Part shown: piece by piece, positions 61,950-64,000 of the stretch | How the letters are laid out: each line of letters begins with the position of its first letter | Position numbering within the stretch: the first letter of the stretch is position 1 | Assembly (NCBI GenBank): GCA_034780895.1 | Contig: JAUZTB010000079.1 | Location: 17,998,365-18,062,364, forward strand | Direction: 5' to 3' | Source: Rhynchobatus australiae | Taxonomy: Eukaryota | DNA: 64,000 nt | Made by a program: the position numbers and the translations under genes | The notes under the pieces: generated by a model | The model's database searches: none | What the model saw: only the letters and a program-made list of their open reading frames with translations | What the model was told of the DNA's origin: nothing

Positions 61950-63890
61950 AATGCACAAGGGAAATAGAATACAAGAGTAACTGAACAAAACACAAAAATT
62001 CCGTAAAACTTCAAGTATGGATAAAGATTAGCAAAAATTACTGTGGGCTCCTTAAAGAGTGAGACAGAGGAAGTTCTATCAGGACAAGGAAATGACACAG
62101 AAAATAAAATCAATATTGTGCATTGTCTTTGTGTGAGACACAGATACCCTTTCAAAAGACTAGACAACTAGATATTAGAAATAATGAGCTCAATGAAACT
62201 GGCATTTGTTAAAAAGTAGTGAAAGAAATTTATGGGATTTAAAGGTGATAAATCCTCAGGACCTGATGAACTGTATCCAAAAGGTTTTGAACAGGGTGAA
62301 AGTATTGCATAGATTCTAGAATGGCTCCCAAAGATTAGGAAGAAAATATAATCCTTTAAACGCAAGGCAAGAGAGAGAAAACAGGGAACTACAGAGAAGC
62401 TACTCTGAAGTCAGTAGTACAGGAAATGCTAGAATTCATAAAGGAAGTGGCGATGAGGCACTTCGAAAATAATCTCATTGGCAGAGAATTTACAAAAGGG
62501 AAATTATGTTTGACAAACCTTTTCCAACTGGCAGAACAGTTACGGGTAAATCAGTGACGTATTTGGGCTCCAAATGCCCAGATAAGGTGCCACAAAAGAG
62601 GGAAATTTATTCACATGCATTGGAGATGAATTTACAGACAGAAAAAAAACAGATATTAATGGTTTATTTTCAGGTTGGGTGGCGTAACACAGAGCACCAC
62701 AAGGATCAATATCGGGGCTCCAGCTGTTCAACATCCTTTAGATGAGGGGCCAGATTTTCTGATGATACAAAATTAAGTGGCAGTATGACTTCCAGGGAAG
62801 ATAAAGGGGCATCAGGGCAGATAGAGACAGGGTAGGTGAATGGACGATGGCATTCAATGGAATACAAGGAAAACTGAAGCCATCTACTTTGACAGAAAAT
62901 GGAAATGTGCAGCTTTAAACAGTGAAGCTGAAAGGTGTTGGTATTCAGACAGTCTTGGGTTTCCATGCACCCAAAAGTTAACAAATACAGCAAAAATTAG
63001 AAATTGTATGGTACATTAGAGTCAGGGATATTGGGTAAAGACAGGCCCTTTGACCCAGAATCAGTGGTGATCATCAAACACTCATTTACACTAATCCTAC
63101 ATTAATTCCTTTTATTCTACGTTCTCATCAATTCCCCAATATTCCAGTATTCACCTACACACGAGGGGTAATTTACAGAGGCCAATAACCTCCCAATCCA
63201 ACATCTTTGGGATGTGGGAGGAAACAAGAGCACCCCAGAACAAGAAACATATGGTCACAGGGAGAACGTTCAAGCACCTCGCAGGCAATACCCAAGGGTC
63301 TCTCGCATTTGGGTCTCTATGGGTCTCATGTTTGAGGCAGCAGCTCTATGCACTGTGCTGCACTTAAATCCTTTAATCTTGTCCTCTAATCCTTTAATAC
63401 ACAAGGATTAAAGGACAAGAAATATTTTACTCCAATAAAATGGGCCCCTGTTGAGACCACATCTGGAATAGTGTGTGCGGGTCTGATTTCCCAACCCAAG
63501 GATATACTTTTGACAGAGGAATGCACAAGTTCACCAGGTTGATTCCTAGGATGTCCCATGACAAGGTACACAGTCTGGGCTTGTATTCTCCTAGTTTAGA
63601 GAGATAAATGTGACCTCATTGAAACATACAAATTACCTTCAGGGCTCATGCAGGGATGAGGTGTCCCCCAGCTGAGTCATCTAGAATCTGAGGTCATGTC
63701 TCAAAACAAGCCATTCAGGACAGGGAAGAAATTTCTTCACCCAGCAGGCAATGAGCCTCTGAAATTCTCTACCCAAGGGAGCTGTACAGGCCCAGTTGCT
63801 GAGTACATTCAAGACAGGTGGACAGATTTTTAGATATTAAGGGAATCAAGGGATCTAGGGTTGGTTCAGGAAAGTGACGATGAGGCAAAG
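61950..63890 (+). mobile_element. CR1 LINE, decayed, with nested V-SINE
   Basis: KSSGPDELYPKGF, KGKLCLTNL, DKVPQK, FSDDTKLSG and the CR1 C-terminal region. Confidence 0.8.
63040..63365 (-). mobile_element. V-SINE (HE1-like) nested in CR1
   Basis: tttgggatgtgggaggaaac...ggtcacagggagaacgttcaa...tttgaggcagcagctcta (reverse complement of the tRNA head). Similar to 56295-56570. Confidence 0.75.
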
Positions 63891-63894
63891 TGCA

Positions 63895-64000
63895 GACAAC
63901 AAGAGACTGCAGATGCTGGAAATCCAGAGCAATACACAAAGGACAGCAAGTCAGGCAGTATCTATGGAGGGAAGTGGACCGTCAATGTTTTGAGTTGAGG
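63895..64000 (-). mobile_element. Penelope-like terminal repeat cut by the window edge
   Basis: acaagagactgcagatgctggaaatccagagcaa...gtcaggcagtatctatggagggaa, as at 57620. Confidence 0.7.

Larger units (their letters stand above)
24804..64000 (-). other. Probable very long furin intron 2 (more than 39 kb)
   Basis: By eye I found no signal-peptide/WAV...GFxNxGQ-type exon and no other protein-coding exon upstream of exon 3. The region is AT-rich and repeat-filled. Confidence 0.6.

Noticed and set aside
1-64000. CRISPR array, prokaryotic operon or endogenous viral gene
   Set aside because: No regularly spaced repeat-spacer structure and no long intact ORF. The architecture is eukaryotic exon-intron throughout.

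Overview
Vertebrate genomic DNA. The repeat landscape (CR1, Rex1/Babar, V-SINE, Deu-SINE and Penelope-like families) suggests a cartilaginous fish, though that is inference. The window holds the middle of one gene on the minus strand: the proprotein convertase furin. Ten consecutive coding exons (numbered as human FURIN exons 3-12; 99, 96, 129, 77, 89, 173, 213, 101, 104 and 118 nt; all GT-AG) join in frame over 1199 nt. They encode the C-terminal part of the propeptide, the RTKR autocleavage site, the whole subtilisin-like catalytic domain (Asp, His, Asn, Ser) and the start of the P domain. I could not find the ATG/signal-peptide exon, so 24804-64000 is probably one intron of more than 39 kb, unless that exon sits in an N-gap. 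Exons 13 onward lie left of the window. The remainder is intron filled with decayed retroelements and six assembly gaps; most ORF-track entries are noise or repeat remnants. I see no evidence of a wholly new biological system. The best leads are: (1) a ~310-335 bp diverged direct repeat bracketing the autocleavage exon, with a 108-codon in-frame read-through; (2) an Arg-to-Gln change at the P6 position of the internal propeptide cleavage site, next to a His-rich stretch; (3) a tandemly duplicated splice donor; (4) a V-SINE whose tail matches a Rex1/Babar LINE; (5) decayed hammerhead motifs in Penelope-like elements; (6) a locally templated 65-bp insertion.
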